DNA from: Octopus vulgaris
Taxonomy: Eukaryota
Direction: 5' to 3'
NCBI GenBank assembly: GCA_951406725.2
Contig: OX597832.1
Span: forward strand, 28,830,001 to 28,894,000
Length of the DNA stretch: 64,000 nucleotides
The position numbers and the translations under genes are program-made. Of this stretch, positions 44,179 to 58,545 are shown piece by piece. The stretch's first letter is position 1. Each line of letters opens with the position of its first letter. Under the pieces are notes generated by a model. The model searched no databases and was not told the DNA's origin. It saw only the letters and a list, made by a program, of their open reading frames with translations.

Positions 44179-44765
44179 TTTACATAACAATTAATTATCG
44201 TCTGCCATTACAATTATTCGAACCGTTTTATACATTCTCTAAAATTGTTCTTCTATTTTCTGATATTATTAAACATAACATAAAACACTTTCTTTTTTCT
44301 TTTTTTTTAACCTTCCTTTTTCTTTTTCATTTCTTTTTTCCTGTCGCTTTGACATACTTATTTATTTTTTAGTAATATTTCATTAGTGGTTCGATTTCTA
44401 CTAAATCCACCACTGGTGGCAATTCTTTGAATTCCACCCTCATTCCTGATGGGTCGATGTTATCTCCACACATTTCTTGCAGTCTCTTATAACTTTCCTC
44501 TTCAATTACTATCGCCTTCATATCCTCTGCATATATGTATGCTGGTACCTTTACTCTTGCTATTTGGTTGAACTTGACTATCTTCTTCTCTGTTTCAATA
44601 TTCTTCGGGTAGGTCACGTAATACCATGCACCATTTCCTTTTATCTTCTTTCCTTAATTTTGACTTTCCTGTTCTCTCTTTTCCTCCTCAACTATAAACA
44701 GTCTCCCCAATTCTTCTTCGGCCAGCTGAATTTCCGAATCCTTTTCTACCGGAGCAACTGGTATT

Positions 44766-44866
44766 TATAGTAGAAGACAGTTACCCAAGGTGCCACGCAG
44801 CTGGATTGAACCCGGAACCATGTGGTTGGTAAGAAAGCTCCTTACCACGCAGCCATTCCTGCGCCT
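44766..44866 (-). mobile_element. SINE family A 5' head only
   Basis: Matches 19354-19454, including A and B boxes. Confidence 0.88.
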
Positions 44867-44872
44867 CATATA

Positions 44873-45365
44873 AGTATGTATGTATGTATGTATGTATGTA
44901 TGTATGTATGTATGTATGTATGTATGTATGTGTGTATGTATGTATGTATGTATGTATGTATGCATGTATGTGTGTGTACGTATGTATGTATGTATGTATG
45001 TATGTACTATGTATGTATGTATGTATGTACGTACGTACGTACGTACGTATGTATGTATGTATGTATGTATGTATGTATGTATGTATGTATGTATGTATGT
45101 ATGTATGTATGTATGTATGTATGTATGTATGTATGTATGTATGTATGTATGTATGTGTGTGTGTGTATGTATGTATGTATGTATGTATGTATGTATGTAT
45201 GTATGTATGTATGTATGTATGTATGTATGTATGTATGTATGCATGTATGTATGTATGTATGTATGTATGTATGTATGTATGTATGTATGTGTGTGTGTGT
45301 GTGTACGTACGTACGTATGTATGTATGTATGTATGTATGTATGTATGTATGTATGTATGTATGTA

Positions 45366-45395
<30 letters not shown>
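44873..45395. repeat. (TATG)n microsatellite
   Basis: Directly visible. Confidence 0.96.
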
Positions 45396-45396
<1 letters not shown>

Positions 45397-45511
45397 ATGT
45401 TCTACGTGTGTTTGTATCTATATATTCACACATACATATATGTGGGTGTTGAGAGGGAGAGAGCGAGAGAGAGATTTATATACATCATGCATACTGTTTA
45501 TGCTCGTGTGC

Positions 45512-45551
<40 letters not shown>

Positions 45552-45740
45552 CTTATGACTGAATGTGTTTATATTAAGAAGATCGATATATTAGAAAGAG
45601 CAATAAAAGCCAGGGAAGATGGAATTGCTATATTAACCATCGATGGCGGTGGGGACTGCACGGAATACAGGTTTAGGCCACATGGGGTGAAGAACAGGGC
45701 TCCAGCTGCTGCTGCTACTGAAGAAAAAGAAGAAGAAGAA

Positions 45741-45772
<32 letters not shown>

Positions 45773-45938
45773 GGCTTAGGAGGAGGAGGTGGTTGGTGAC
45801 GACAGTTTCTTTCGTATATACTCTAGTAAATTCTGGTAAATTCTTCAAATCATATCAACCACCACGGCTTCTACTGCGTTGTATCATTTCGGAATCGGTC
45901 TACACCGCTTTGGTTGTTGTCGTTTTTGCTGTTGTTGC

Positions 45939-46227
45939 TTGTTTGTTTGTTTGTTGAGCGAAGCGGTCTTCGTCCCAGAGCTCGCAAGATCGCGCCTCTG
46001 TAGAGGGAGAAGTCCGAAACGTTGGTCCTTTGCTATTTGTAAGACTCGCAGAAGAGAAAGCAGGTCAACCTCCGACACCGAGAGCATCGACGGATGGATG
46101 AGTGCGCATCCGGGCTCAGCGGTTGCGTAGGAAGTCGGGGACAAGAAACAGGAAGAAAGAGTGAGAGAAAGCTGGAGCGAAAGAGTATACAGGGGTCGCC
46201 ACCACCCACTGCCGGAGCCTCGTGGAG
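45939..46227 (-). mobile_element. SINE family C body and 3' end with (CAAA)n tail
   Basis: 46200-46227 matches 8035-8062 of the tRNA-headed copy; ends in (GTTT)n on the + strand. Confidence 0.7.
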
Positions 46228-46235
46228 AAGAAGAA

Positions 46236-46400
46236 ATGTTGTGTTCTTGAGCAATACACTTTATTTTCACGCTGTTCCAGTTCACTCAGCTGAAGAAATG
46301 AGATGCGTTGTCACTGATGCCAAACCGTATCGGCCTTTGCCCTTCCTTTGGACAATATCGATGGCATGGAGAAGGGAGGCCGGTATGCAGGGGCTGGTAT
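46236..46400 (+). mobile_element. SINE family D-related central fragment
   Basis: ttgtgttcttgagcaatacacttta..tcacgctgttccagttcactcagctg matches the rc of 55015-55070. Confidence 0.7.
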
Positions 46401-46438
46401 GCATTCCCTAGCTAACCTATCATATCTCTCAACTTTTC

Positions 46439-46492
<54 letters not shown>

Positions 46493-47049
46493 GAGTGAGA
46501 GAGCAGTGCATGCCATCAGAGTGACACTGGGGTAAAATATACAAAGTCCAGTATACCTAACATGACAACTCGTCTGATAAGGGTACACTAGGCACATGCA
46601 TCACAACCATATGTGCGCTACATGGTGATCTCATATCAAGATAAACAGCACATGACCTTGCAGGTGGGGCCCAGTTAAAATTTTCTTCTGGTCGAGTAAC
46701 CCATCCCGCTCAAAAGGTCCCTGAATAAGGGTTGTTTAAGGATGTTGAACGAAACACCAATATTTCCAGAAGTGAATTATTCAAACCCCAAAGAATCCCT
46801 CTCATAACATGGCTCTGATGCTCCCCCACTACTTCTGCTCGTGATCAGAGATGCACATATCGTCAGCCAATAAGGGACATGCTCAACTGGTTAATGTCAA
46901 ACAACTGACAAGCAAATCTGTGGTATTGAGCAGAATATTTGCTGTAGCCCATCTTTTATACCAAGAAAAAACAATGTACAAGATGACACTTCCAATCAGT
47001 TAAGATCAGAAGCCACGAGAGCCACTGCCTGGTATTGCATCAAGGCATT
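46493..47049. mobile_element. discrete ~557-bp non-coding insert within a (TTA)n tract (unclassified element)
   Basis: Complex sequence with sharp borders and perfect (TTA)n on both sides (46440-46492, 47050-47120); no TIR, no A/B boxes, no long ORF. Confidence 0.6.
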
Positions 47050-47060
47050 TATTATTATTA

Positions 47061-47122
<62 letters not shown>

Positions 47123-47349
47123 GTTGTTGTTGTTGTTGTTGTTGTTAACGCTGTCATGTTCGTTGAAGACTTGGTTTTGTAGTCATTTGTGTTACTTTCC
47201 TGGCTATAATGGCCGTTAATTCACCTTTCAATAGTTCCCTTTATTTTTAGTTGAACCCTTTTTTTATATTTATTTATTTTTCTATCTGTCTATCAATCGA
47301 TCTATTGACCTATGTATTTATTTATTTATTCCTTTATTTATTTATTCAT

Positions 47350-47384
<35 letters not shown>

Positions 47385-47964
47385 TTTCAAGCGTGAATTA
47401 GAAGGAGTCGCTGCGAATGAAAGCCATGGACGGTTTGAGTGTTGGAGTGAAAGTAAGAGGAGGAGGTCAACTGGGCCTGAAACATACCTTTCAAGCGAGA
47501 TTTGTCATCAATTCATCACAACGCCAGCCCGCCAGCCCGCCAGCCCGCCCGCTCGTCCCACGCCATTTGCGAGTGAGAGGTGTCATTAGTCACCAGAACG
47601 ATGTAAAAATACAATTTGATAATCTTAGAAAATGGCAATAACTGTATAAACTGGAAGAAAAAGCAGAATTTAAAAGCAATAAAAATATTATAAATGATAA
47701 TAAATTTCGAAACGGAGAAAGAATGCGTGACGAGTTGGGTTGTAGTTTCGGTGGTTGTGGTGGTGGTGGTGGGGTTTGTGGTGCGTTGTTGTTGTTGTTG
47801 TTGCTGTTTTTTTTTAAAATATTTATTGCCAGACGTGGAAAGTAAATAAAAGCCGCCATGTTGAGATATTTTTGTAGTTGTCATGGAACGTGACGTTCAC
47901 CAGATGGCGTGACAAAAGCAACTCGTATATCGATTTCTTGCCAAGATATTATTTAAACACTTAG

Positions 47965-48290
47965 CGTCACCACCACCACCACCACCACCACTACCACCAC
48001 CACCACCACTACCACCACCACCACCAATACCAACACCACAACAGCAACACTAACATTATCAACCCCGCATCCGCTACCACCAAGGTTATTGCTCCTCTCC
48101 ATCACAACACTACGTCAACGCCATCGTCACCACCACCACCACCACCACCATCACCACCACCACCACCACTACCATCACCACCACTACCATCACCACCACC
48201 ACCACCACCACCACCACAACCACCACTACCATCACTACCACCACCACCGCCGCCGCCACCGCCTCCACCATCGCCATCACCATCACCACC
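47965..48290. repeat. (ACC)n-type microsatellites
   Basis: Directly visible. Confidence 0.9.
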
Positions 48291-48483
48291 AACTTCTATT
48301 GAAGTTGTTGTTGAAGTTACAGCAATGGTATTTGTCCCAGGTCGACCTGGGACGTTCCATCCATGATCATCTCACCGGTTTATTCAGGTATGACGGTACA
48401 GGCTGAAATCTAACATATGCGCTGCTGTTATAGCAACAGTAATTGTACCAAGCAGAGTGGCAGCGGCTGTTTTGAGATATTGA

Positions 48484-48626
48484 GGTACTTAATTTATCGA
48501 CCCCGATAAAGGATAAAAAAGGTAAAGTCGACCTCGGCGGAATTTGAACTCAGAACGTAACGGCAGACGAAATACGGCTACGTATTTCGCCCGGCGTGCT
48601 AACGATTTCTGCCAGCTCGCCGCCTT
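48484..48626 (-). mobile_element. SINE B 5' half, head abutting (TAA)n
   Basis: Reverse complement of 30486-30622. Confidence 0.9.
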
Positions 48627-48627
48627 C

Positions 48628-48675
<48 letters not shown>

Positions 48676-48717
48676 GTGATGATAACAACGACATTAATAA
48701 AAATAACAACAATAATA

Positions 48718-48827
<110 letters not shown>

Positions 48828-48953
48828 TTTATATATATATATGTATGTATATATATATATATACACACACACACACATGTATGTATGTATGTATGTATGT
48901 ATGTATGTATATATGTGTGTATGTATGTATGTATGTATGTATGTATGTGTGTG

Positions 48954-48985
<32 letters not shown>

Positions 48986-50324
48986 TGTATGTATGTATGT
49001 ATGTATGTGTGTATGTATGTATGTGTGTGTGTATATGAGTGTTAGTATTTGCATTTGGGATGTTGATGTCAGCCATGATCGTATTAACGAAATTCCAGGC
49101 GGTAGAGAAAGTATGTTTTAAATCTTGTGTGAATGACACCAAGTTGATGAGTAAAAGGGGCTTTTTTTCCTTATTTGGAGCAGAGAAGAAAAAAAGAAAG
49201 AAATTCTATGCATGCATGTACGAATATACGCATACATGTACACATACACGCATGTATGCCTGTGTGTGCACGTATCAACGTAACTATGTGTATATGTGTA
49301 TGTGTGTATATGCATGTCCGTATGTATATGAAAGGTAGTGTGTGTGTTTGTGTGTGTGTAAGCGGTGTGGTCGGCATTTATCCGCCATCTTGCTGAATAA
49401 GAAACATCTAGAAAGGTCTACTAATTCTATTTATTTTATTTTTGCGATCCTTTCTTTTATAAGGACGTGATTATGGGGCCATAATGTAGGGGGAGGATAG
49501 GAGTTTTCAACACCGCTCCACCACCACCACCACCACCACCACCGTCACCGCCACCACCGCCACCACCGCCACCGCCACAGCCATTGCCAACTATCGCACG
49601 AAACCTTTCTCACCAATAACACGATCCTTATTCAATTTTATATTCTTTCTTGTGATTCATTCTCCTTTTGCTTTTTGTTTTGTTTTTGTGTTTTTGTTTT
49701 CGGTTGTTCTGAGTTTTATTGTTTTTTTCTTTCTCTTTTTTTTTTCCGAATGCATTTCCCGCGCTTTTCACGCCAGGACAAATTTGAATATTTTCTGATG
49801 ACGTAATAGAACCTCGTGATGCCTGAAGGGGGAGAGCAGGACGGTTGTCGTTAATGTGGACTTTAAATAGTGGAAATGGGGCTGGGAGTATAATTCCGAG
49901 GGATTAAGTGTGGGGGGGCGTGTGTGGTGTAGGGGGGGGGGGCGTGTGTGGTGTAGGGGGGGCGTGTGTGTGTGGGGGGGCGTGTGTATGCGTGTGTGTG
50001 CGTGTGCGTGCGTGTGTGAGTGTGTGTTTGCGTGCGTGTGTGTGTATTTGTGTCTATGTGTATATGTGTGTTTGTGTGTGTATGTGTGTGTGTGTGCGTG
50101 GTGTGTGCGTGCGTGTGTGAGTGCCTGTGTGTGTATGTGTATGTGTGTGTGTTTGTGTGCATGTGTGTGCATGCGCGTGTGTGTGTGCTGTGTGTGCGTG
50201 TGTGACTGTGTGTGATTGCTTGTGTGAGTGTGTGTGCGTGTTTGTATACGTGTGTGTGTATCGCTGAGCCTGTGTTTGTTCGCCACCACCGTTTCATAAA
50301 CACACAAACACACAAACATCAGTG

Positions 50325-50495
50325 TTTGTGTGTTTACGTTCCAATAACTTAGCGGTTCGGCAAAAGATGACCGGTAGAATAAGGTCCAGGTTTAAAAAAC
50401 AAAAAGACTACTGGGGATTCGATTCATTCAACTAAAACCTCTTCAAGGCGATGCCCCAGCATGGCCGCAGTCTAATGACCGAAACAAGCAAAAGG
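50325..50495 (+). mobile_element. SINE family A 3' half
   Basis: gtgtttacgt..taacttagcggttcggcaaaaga...ccagcatggccgcagtc...gaaacaag matches family A. Confidence 0.85.
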
Positions 50496-50719
50496 TATTT
50501 ATAAGTCTTGGAGTTTTGGTTACGTATCTGTGTTTTTCTCTCTTTGTCATTTCTAAAGCTTTTATCTATATTATTATAAGGATTGCTCCTGCCTTCAGTA
50601 TCCACATTCTGGTTATCTCCAGAATTCCAGATACTCTCCATTTCTCCGAGAAATCCATTATCGTCTGTTTGGAGAGATTCGTTGATAAAGAAGTACTTCC
50701 TCTCCTGGTGATCGTTTCA

Positions 50720-51360
50720 CAACAGTGGAGGTGGCGGTGGTGGAGTCGTTATTGGTCGTGGGGGGGTGTTGATGATGTAAATGATGACAGTGGTGGTGAT
50801 GATGATGGTGATGATTGCGCTGATGGTGGTGATGGTGACGGTGTTAGCGGTGTATGGTTGTGAAGGTGGCGATGACGATGGGGGTTGAATCCGGTGACCG
50901 CAATAGTCATTGTGGCATAATGAGGGGGTGGTGGTCATATTGACGCTGGGGGTAAGGCAGTGATGGTGGTGATGGTACTGGCGAGGTTGGGATTGTGGAT
51001 GTGATGGAGATGCTGGTGGTGGCGGCGGCGTCGGCGTCGGTGGGGGTGGTGCGGTGGTAGCGACAGTGTTGATGGTGGTGGTGGTGGTGGCCGTGGGTGG
51101 GATGGTGTCGTTGGTGTGACGGTGGCGGTTGCGGCGGCAGCGGCGTCAGTGGTGGTGGTGGTGGTAGTGGTGGTGGTGGTGGTGGTGGTAGTGGTGGTGG
51201 TGGTGGTGGTGGTGGTGGCGGCGGCGGCGGCGTTGATGATGGTGGTAGTGTTGGTCGTTGCAGTGATGGTAGTGAAAATGGTGGTGTTGTTTATTGTTGT
51301 TGTTGTTCTTGGTAGTAGTGGTGGTGATGGTGGTGGTGGTGGTGATGGTGACGATGGTCA
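50720..51360. repeat. degenerate (GGT)n low-complexity tract
   Basis: Directly visible. Confidence 0.85.
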
Positions 51361-51874
51361 TAGTTGTGAGGACAATTGCTCCAAGAAAGGAGAAGCACAG
51401 AAGAAATCGGGGGGTAGAAAGGGACCAGACCATTAATACAAACGTAAGTAAATAAACCCCCCAAAAACAAATATCAAAAAAAAAAATCAATATGGCGATG
51501 ACTGGGAGTCCGGTGGAGGGGGCGGGGCGGAGGTGTGCAGTTGTTGAGATTGAAATGTAAAATGAAGTGCAAAGGTGGATATTGAATTAGACAAACAACA
51601 ACAACAACAACAACAGCAGCAGCAGCAGCAGTTGCCAGGAAAAACAAAAAAACAACAATCCCAGCAGAAAACAAAATGGAAGGCAAAAAGTTGTCTGAAT
51701 TCGGAGTAAATGAGTGGAAGGCAAAGTTTAGTTTTGGCGGCTGAGAGCGATTCGAAATGTAATCAGTGTTCGTTAGGGTTGTTCCTTCTTGCATTGTGTC
51801 CTGCCTCCAGTCGTACAAGACCGACAGAGGGCGCAGGCAATATAGCGCGGTAATCACCGGAAAAGATGTATGTA

Positions 51875-51930
<56 letters not shown>

Positions 51931-52065
51931 TATGTATATGTATATACATACATGAACGCATATACATTCTTATTTTTTGGGGACTTATATTTTAGCACTT
52001 AATTTTGTTTTACGGATACTTTCCTGATATATATTACATCTTACGAGTGTATATATTTGTATGTG

Positions 52066-52137
<72 letters not shown>

Positions 52138-52149
52138 CATATATATATG

Positions 52150-52248
<99 letters not shown>

Positions 52249-52293
52249 CAAAATACACATACATGCATACATATATATATATACTATATCTGC

Positions 52294-52355
<62 letters not shown>

Positions 52356-52456
52356 TCATACATGCGTATACAAATATGCAAAAAGAAAGAGAGAGAGACC
52401 AAAAAATCTTTTCCGTATATAATTTCTTTTTTCATGTTCAAGTATTCCCTCGAAGG

Positions 52457-52515
52457 GTAATAATAATGATAATAGTAATAATAATAATAATAATAGTAAT
52501 AATAATAATGATAAC

Positions 52516-52595
<80 letters not shown>

Positions 52596-52608
52596 TAATA
52601 ATAATAAT

Positions 52609-52644
<36 letters not shown>

Positions 52645-52655
52645 AATAATGATGA
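52457..52655. repeat. (AAT)n-(AAC)n microsatellite
   Basis: Directly visible. Confidence 0.94.
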
Positions 52656-52949
52656 TAATCGCTTCAAGGCTGTCTGTATTGTTTTGTACTGTGTTGTTTT
52701 GTTTTTATCTTTTTTTATATTTATTTTTCTGTGTAATTTTTGCTTTTGTTGTTGTTTGGGTTTATCGAAAATATTCCTTGACTTTATTAACTGCTGCCGT
52801 TTTAATCAACAAATAATCTCTCGTCTGATTACAGCGAATCAAACAGTTCGCACGTTCGCACCCATCAACGGCACCTCCAGCAAACTCGCCCCCAAATCCG
52901 ACCGACAACCGAGTAACACACACACACACACCTACGTTTATGTGTGTCA

Positions 52950-53017
<68 letters not shown>

Positions 53018-53031
53018 GTATGTATATATTT

Positions 53032-53105
<74 letters not shown>

Positions 53106-54296
53106 ATTTTATATATACATTTATATATATATATATATATATTTACATACATACAGACGTACATACATGCATACACACATAATGCATACATAAATATATA
53201 GATATATACATACATACATACCTATATACATACATACATGCGTACATACATACACATACTTCCACAGAAACTCTCTCTGGAACCTTCCACATAGTTTCCC
53301 CTTTTCCTGCTTGTTTCTCCAGGAAGTATCCAATCACGAAATTTCTATTCCGTTCGCCATTTTAAACTGTTTTTTAACGTTTTTTTCCTCATCTATATAT
53401 TTGTGTATGTGTAGGTATTCGACTTTGTATTTATGTATGTTTGTGAGAAAATGTATGTTTATATACAAATGCCCCTGTGTAGAAGTGTCCCTCTATGTAT
53501 CTACATAGGTGTATATATTGATGTGATTGTATATATATCTGTGTGTGTGACTCTTTGTAATCAAACTTTCCGCACATGTCTCTCTCCTTTTCCCGCCCTC
53601 CATCTCTCCATCCACCTGCCCACACTCTCTCTTCTCTATCTTCCTCGTCTCTCTCTTCATTCTCTCGCTTTCTCTCTCTATCTCCATCCATTTCTCTCTC
53701 TCTCTCTCACTCTCTCTCTCTCTCTTCCTCTCTCTTTCTCGCTCTCCTATTCTTCATAGTCTTGGAGGAAATGGTTATGCCCATAGCCTTTGTAGTTTCT
53801 TCAAGTCCGGTGAATTCGATACAAGTTAACATTCCCCTTTAAGAATCACAGCTCAGTACATTTGCAAGGAGGGAATTCCTGTGGGTCGAAGTTCCGTGGA
53901 CGAAGGAATTAGAACTGTGTTTAATGTTGGAACAGGAATGTGGGAACACACCATACCTGTCATCACTTTCTTACGATTCCTCATCTCCACCATATCAACA
54001 ATCAAGATCTTGATTTCGAATCAAGGTCACACCAAATTCTCTACTTCTTCCCCCAAAATTACACCCATTCCCAACCCTCTCTTATAATCGATGCAGCCCC
54101 TTACTGTCCCCGACTCACCAACCACAATTCCGTTCACCACTTGCCTATCATCCGTATTCATTTTCTCCTATCTCTCTATTCCTTCATGGTTTAACCAACA
54201 TGCCACAGTCCACGGCAGCTTACGCTTTTTCCAACCCCACCCTGATACTGCCCCATCATTTCTGAATCCTCTATAAGGATGTTATATCATTTGTAT

Positions 54297-54666
54297 AGGC
54301 GTAGGAGTGGCTGTGTGGTAAGTAGCTTGCTTACCAGCCACATGGTTCCGGGTTCAGTCCCACTGCGTGACACCTTGGACAAGTGTCTTCTACTATAGCC
54401 TCGGGCCGACCAAAGCCTTGTGAGTGGATTTGGTAGATGGAAACTGAAAGAAGCCCGTCGTATATATGTACATAGATATATAAATATGTGTGTGTATATG
54501 TTTGTGTGTCTGTATTTGTCCCCCCAACATCGCTTGACAACCGATGCTGGTGTGTTTACGTCCTCGTAACTTAGCGGTTCGGCAAAAGAGACCGATAGAA
54601 TAAGTGCTAGGCTTACAAAGAATAAGTCCTGGGGTCGATTTGTTCGACTAAAGTGTAAAAGAGTAA
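54297..54666 (+). mobile_element. near full-length SINE family A (small deletion before tail)
   Basis: A box TGGCTGTGTGG (54308-18), B box GGTTCAGTCCC (54351-61); colinear with 19031-19454. Confidence 0.93.
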
Positions 54667-54842
54667 GGAATCCAAATCTCTCTGAACTCACTCTCCATCG
54701 CTTAAAAAAAGGGAGAGTACACTAACTACTGAAGCTCTGATTATAATGCTGGATGGTCACTACTGGAACATGCTTGATAAAAATTTATGAGATCACGTCT
54801 GATGTGGAGATTAAATAAGTATTTAATAAGTATTTAATAAAT

Positions 54843-55141
54843 GTGGTCCTCCGTCGCTTACAACGACGATCAACGGAACAGCCTGTTCGTGAAATTAAGT
54901 GGCTGAGTACTCCATAGACACGTGTACCCTTAACGTAGTCTTCAGGGAGATTCAGTATGACGCACCAAATGTGACAAGACTCGCCCCTTTTGAATTACAA
55001 GTACAACTCCCTTTTGCCAGCTGAGTGCACTGAAGCAATGGGAAATAAAGAGTCTTGCTGAAGGACACAATGCGCCGCTGGGATTCGAATTCACGACTTT
55101 ACGATCGTGAGTCGAACACGCTAACCACTAAGCCACGTGCT
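54843..55141 (-). mobile_element. SINE family D, near full length
   Basis: Minus strand A box TGGCTTAGTGG (55125-35), B-box-like AATTCGAATCC (55081-91), CORE-like ttgtgtccttcagcaagac; partial copies at 31795 and 46236. Confidence 0.88.
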
Positions 55142-55344
55142 TTCTATTTAACAACAACAATCAAGAAGGCCATGTTTAATAATGTATTTCTAAATACAGC
55201 ATACTCAACTAAAAGGCAGATTAGTCACGCCTGAAACGTCGGTAAGCGCAGACTTCTTAGATGAGGATTTACACGAGACAAAACAACAATGGCAGCAATA
55301 ACAACAACAACAACAACTCCAACAACAATGGTTTCTGATTAAAG

Positions 55345-55550
55345 CAAAAGACCGGCAGTGTTGAGGGAAGGTGGGGAGGGAAGTCGATAGTATCGATAAC
55401 ATCGATTCGATTGGTATTTTACGTTATCGATTCCGAATGGATGAAAGGCAAAGCTGACATCAGCGAGATTTGAACTCAGAATGTAAAGATCCGGAACAAA
55501 TGTCACAGGGCACTTTGCCGACGCTCTAACGATTCTGCCAGCCGGCCATC
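55345..55550 (-). mobile_element. degenerate SINE B copy
   Basis: ggatgaaaggcaaag...atttgaactcagaa...ctaacgattctgccagc. Confidence 0.8.
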
Positions 55551-57407
55551 TCACAACGACAACAACAACAACAACAATAACAACAATATATAACAATGCT
55601 GCAAAGAGAAAAGAAAAGTTGATAGTCGTTCGAGAGAAGAACAATGGAAAGACTAGGGAAAGAGACTAGGAAAGAGAAGGGGAAGGGAGAGGGAGAGAGA
55701 GAGAGGAGAGAGGGGGGAGAGAGAAGGGGAGAGGGAGAGATGGAAAGAAGCGAAGAGAGAAGGAGAGAGGGAGAAAGTGGAAGAGAGAGAGAGGAGGAGG
55801 AGGAGGAGGTGTTGGAGCTGGTGAAGGAGGAAGTTAAGTGGGAGACATTTGTGATTCTACAAATTTTTAAACTACAAAGAATAAACTAAAAATGGTAAAC
55901 TCCGATTCAAACATGGATGTTATCCCAATTAGCTACTCTGCTGTGAAACCTGTTTTTCTGGGAGTCTTTGATGCCGTGGTGACTTGTTGCTGCTGGAAGT
56001 TGTAAAGACCTGTGCGAAAGTACTTAACGTCTGGACGCCATTAAGGGAGGTCCTTCTCCGCCAACATTTTGTTGGTTTACAAATAGAACAGGACTTGAAA
56101 CATCTTCCTGGCAAATTGTTGATTTAATTCTCGTGAAATGTCGTTTGTAGGATCGCATTTTGACATGTTTCTCCGTAGATGTTTAAAGATTTGACAGCAA
56201 CATTTCAACAGGAACGAAATACATACATTTGAAGAAATAAATAAAATATATAAATAAAGAGAAAAAAAGAAGAAGGAAAAAGGAGGTTAAAAATAGCGAA
56301 TGACTATAAGATAAAATTATCACAAATGTCAAAGAATTGGTTGAATATATTTCAAAGATATTCTTCGAACTTACAAAACTTACATTCTTTCTGTCTCTCT
56401 CACACTCCGTTGGGTTAGTTTTTCTGAAATTAGCAGCATTTGGCTATAAAAGACTGTTTGTTACAAAACACGAAATCAAAATGGTTTGTTTGGAAGAAGA
56501 AGAAGAAAAAGAAAACAATAGAAGAAAGAAAAAAAAAGAAGCATTCTTGTCGCCTCTTGTCTGTTTTCTTGCTTCAATGTGTAAAATGGATTATCAGTAG
56601 AATATCTGTAAATCTTTAATGGCCCTTTTGAAACAGAATATCTCATGAAAGTTTCTCACAGAACACAGACCAGACCAGTTGCTCATTTAATAAACATGCA
56701 CCAATGGCAGAAAAATACATTTTAAACGCTAACAAGAATACAATTCTGGTATAAAACTCTCGCAAGAGTAATGGAATTCCAGCAAACTATAGCAAGAATA
56801 GAATTCCAGATATATTCCCATGCTTTTGGCGATTACAGTCTTTGAATATATTACTGCTTATCTTTGATATTTTTACCATTTCAATAAAAGTACAACTTTA
56901 GAATTGGTTAACTGCTGAAATGGAATTTGTAACTTTGAATAGATTGTATGACTAACGGAATTATGGAGACCAACCATGATATTAGGGTGATACCAAAAAC
57001 TGGTTTAATGACTCAGCATCATTCTTCACTTTGGTTCTATGCAGTGAGAAACGGTAGACAATGACGACGATATCCAGATCTGGAAGATATCACCAAAATG
57101 AATTGAGCGGGAGGAGGCGGAGAATGGTTACAAGTGTGAGACTTGGACACGGCACTCGTTATGAATATTTTAAACTGTGGACATTACACGTTATCACAAT
57201 GGAGTCTGAGGAAGCACAGTTTCGTTCGATAACATTGATAAATGGAAATGGAGGCAAAAGTTGATCGATAAAACATGGCGGGAGTGAAATTGCTGAATGT
57301 GATGTGTAGAGATATAAAAATGGTGTGAGGAAGGAAAAAAAGGTGATAAAAGTGTGGGGGGTGCGTGGGGTGAGTGGGGTGAGATAATGACGTGGATGGG
57401 TGGAGAA

Positions 57408-57570
57408 TGAGGAGGAGGAGGAGGAGGAGGAGAGAAAAGAAGAAGAAGAAGAAGAAGAAGAAGGAGAAGTAGAAGAAGAAGCAGATGATGATGATGATGA
57501 TGATGGATGAAGAAGAAGATGATGATGGAAGAAGAAGAAGAAGAAGAAGAAGAAGAAGAAGAAGAAGAAG

Positions 57571-57600
<30 letters not shown>
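57408..57600. repeat. (GAG)n-(GAA)n-(GAT)n microsatellites
   Basis: Directly visible. Confidence 0.94.
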
Positions 57601-57602
<2 letters not shown>

Positions 57603-57918
57603 TCCGAGAAGTGAAGAATAATTACAACAGTTATTTAATAAATTGGAATGGTTTTGAGTTGACGGTTATTATGAATATGTCTGGCGTGAATAGCGAAAAA
57701 ATATCTTCAAAATTATGATATAAGGAGGAAAAAATATTGTTATAATGAATCGGTAGCGTGGATACGCACACACCCACACGCACACGCACGCACGCACGCA
57801 CGCACGCACACACACAAACACAAACACACACACACGACGCACAGACGTACGCACGCACACACGTACGCACGCACACACATAATTACGCTTACCCATACAT
57901 ACATATATACAAACATAT

Positions 57919-57953
<35 letters not shown>

Positions 57954-58414
57954 CATACATATATACATACATACATACATACATATATATACACATACAT
58001 ATATACGTACATACATACATAGATATACATGCATACACACATACATATAAACATATACATACATACGTATATACATACATACATACATATATACATACAT
58101 ACATACATGCATACATATATATATACGTACATACATACATGCATATATATATATATATACATACACACATATACATACATACATACATACATACATACAC
58201 ACATACACACACACATACATACATACATACATACATACATACATACATACATACATACATACATACATACATACATACACACACACGTACATACTGCTTG
58301 GTCCCAGACAACTTGATATTCAATTAAAGCTGCATTTTGCCCTCCTTGGAGAGCGAAGTCAGCAGTAAGAGTTCCGTTGTTATTCTTAAACCTGCTTTAA
58401 AATAATGGCTGCCA

Positions 58415-58545
58415 ATTTTGGGCACGAGGCCAGCATTGCTCGGGGTGGGGGAGCGGGAAAGACGAGAAGACCGACCCCGGCGATCGGCTGCGACTCGTTC
58501 CACTGATCCCGAAAGGATGAAAGGCAAAGTCGACGCCGGCGCCAT
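58415..58545 (-). mobile_element. SINE B1 3' fragment
   Basis: cccgaaaggatgaaaggcaaagtcgac and ggcacgaggcc tail motif. Confidence 0.7.
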
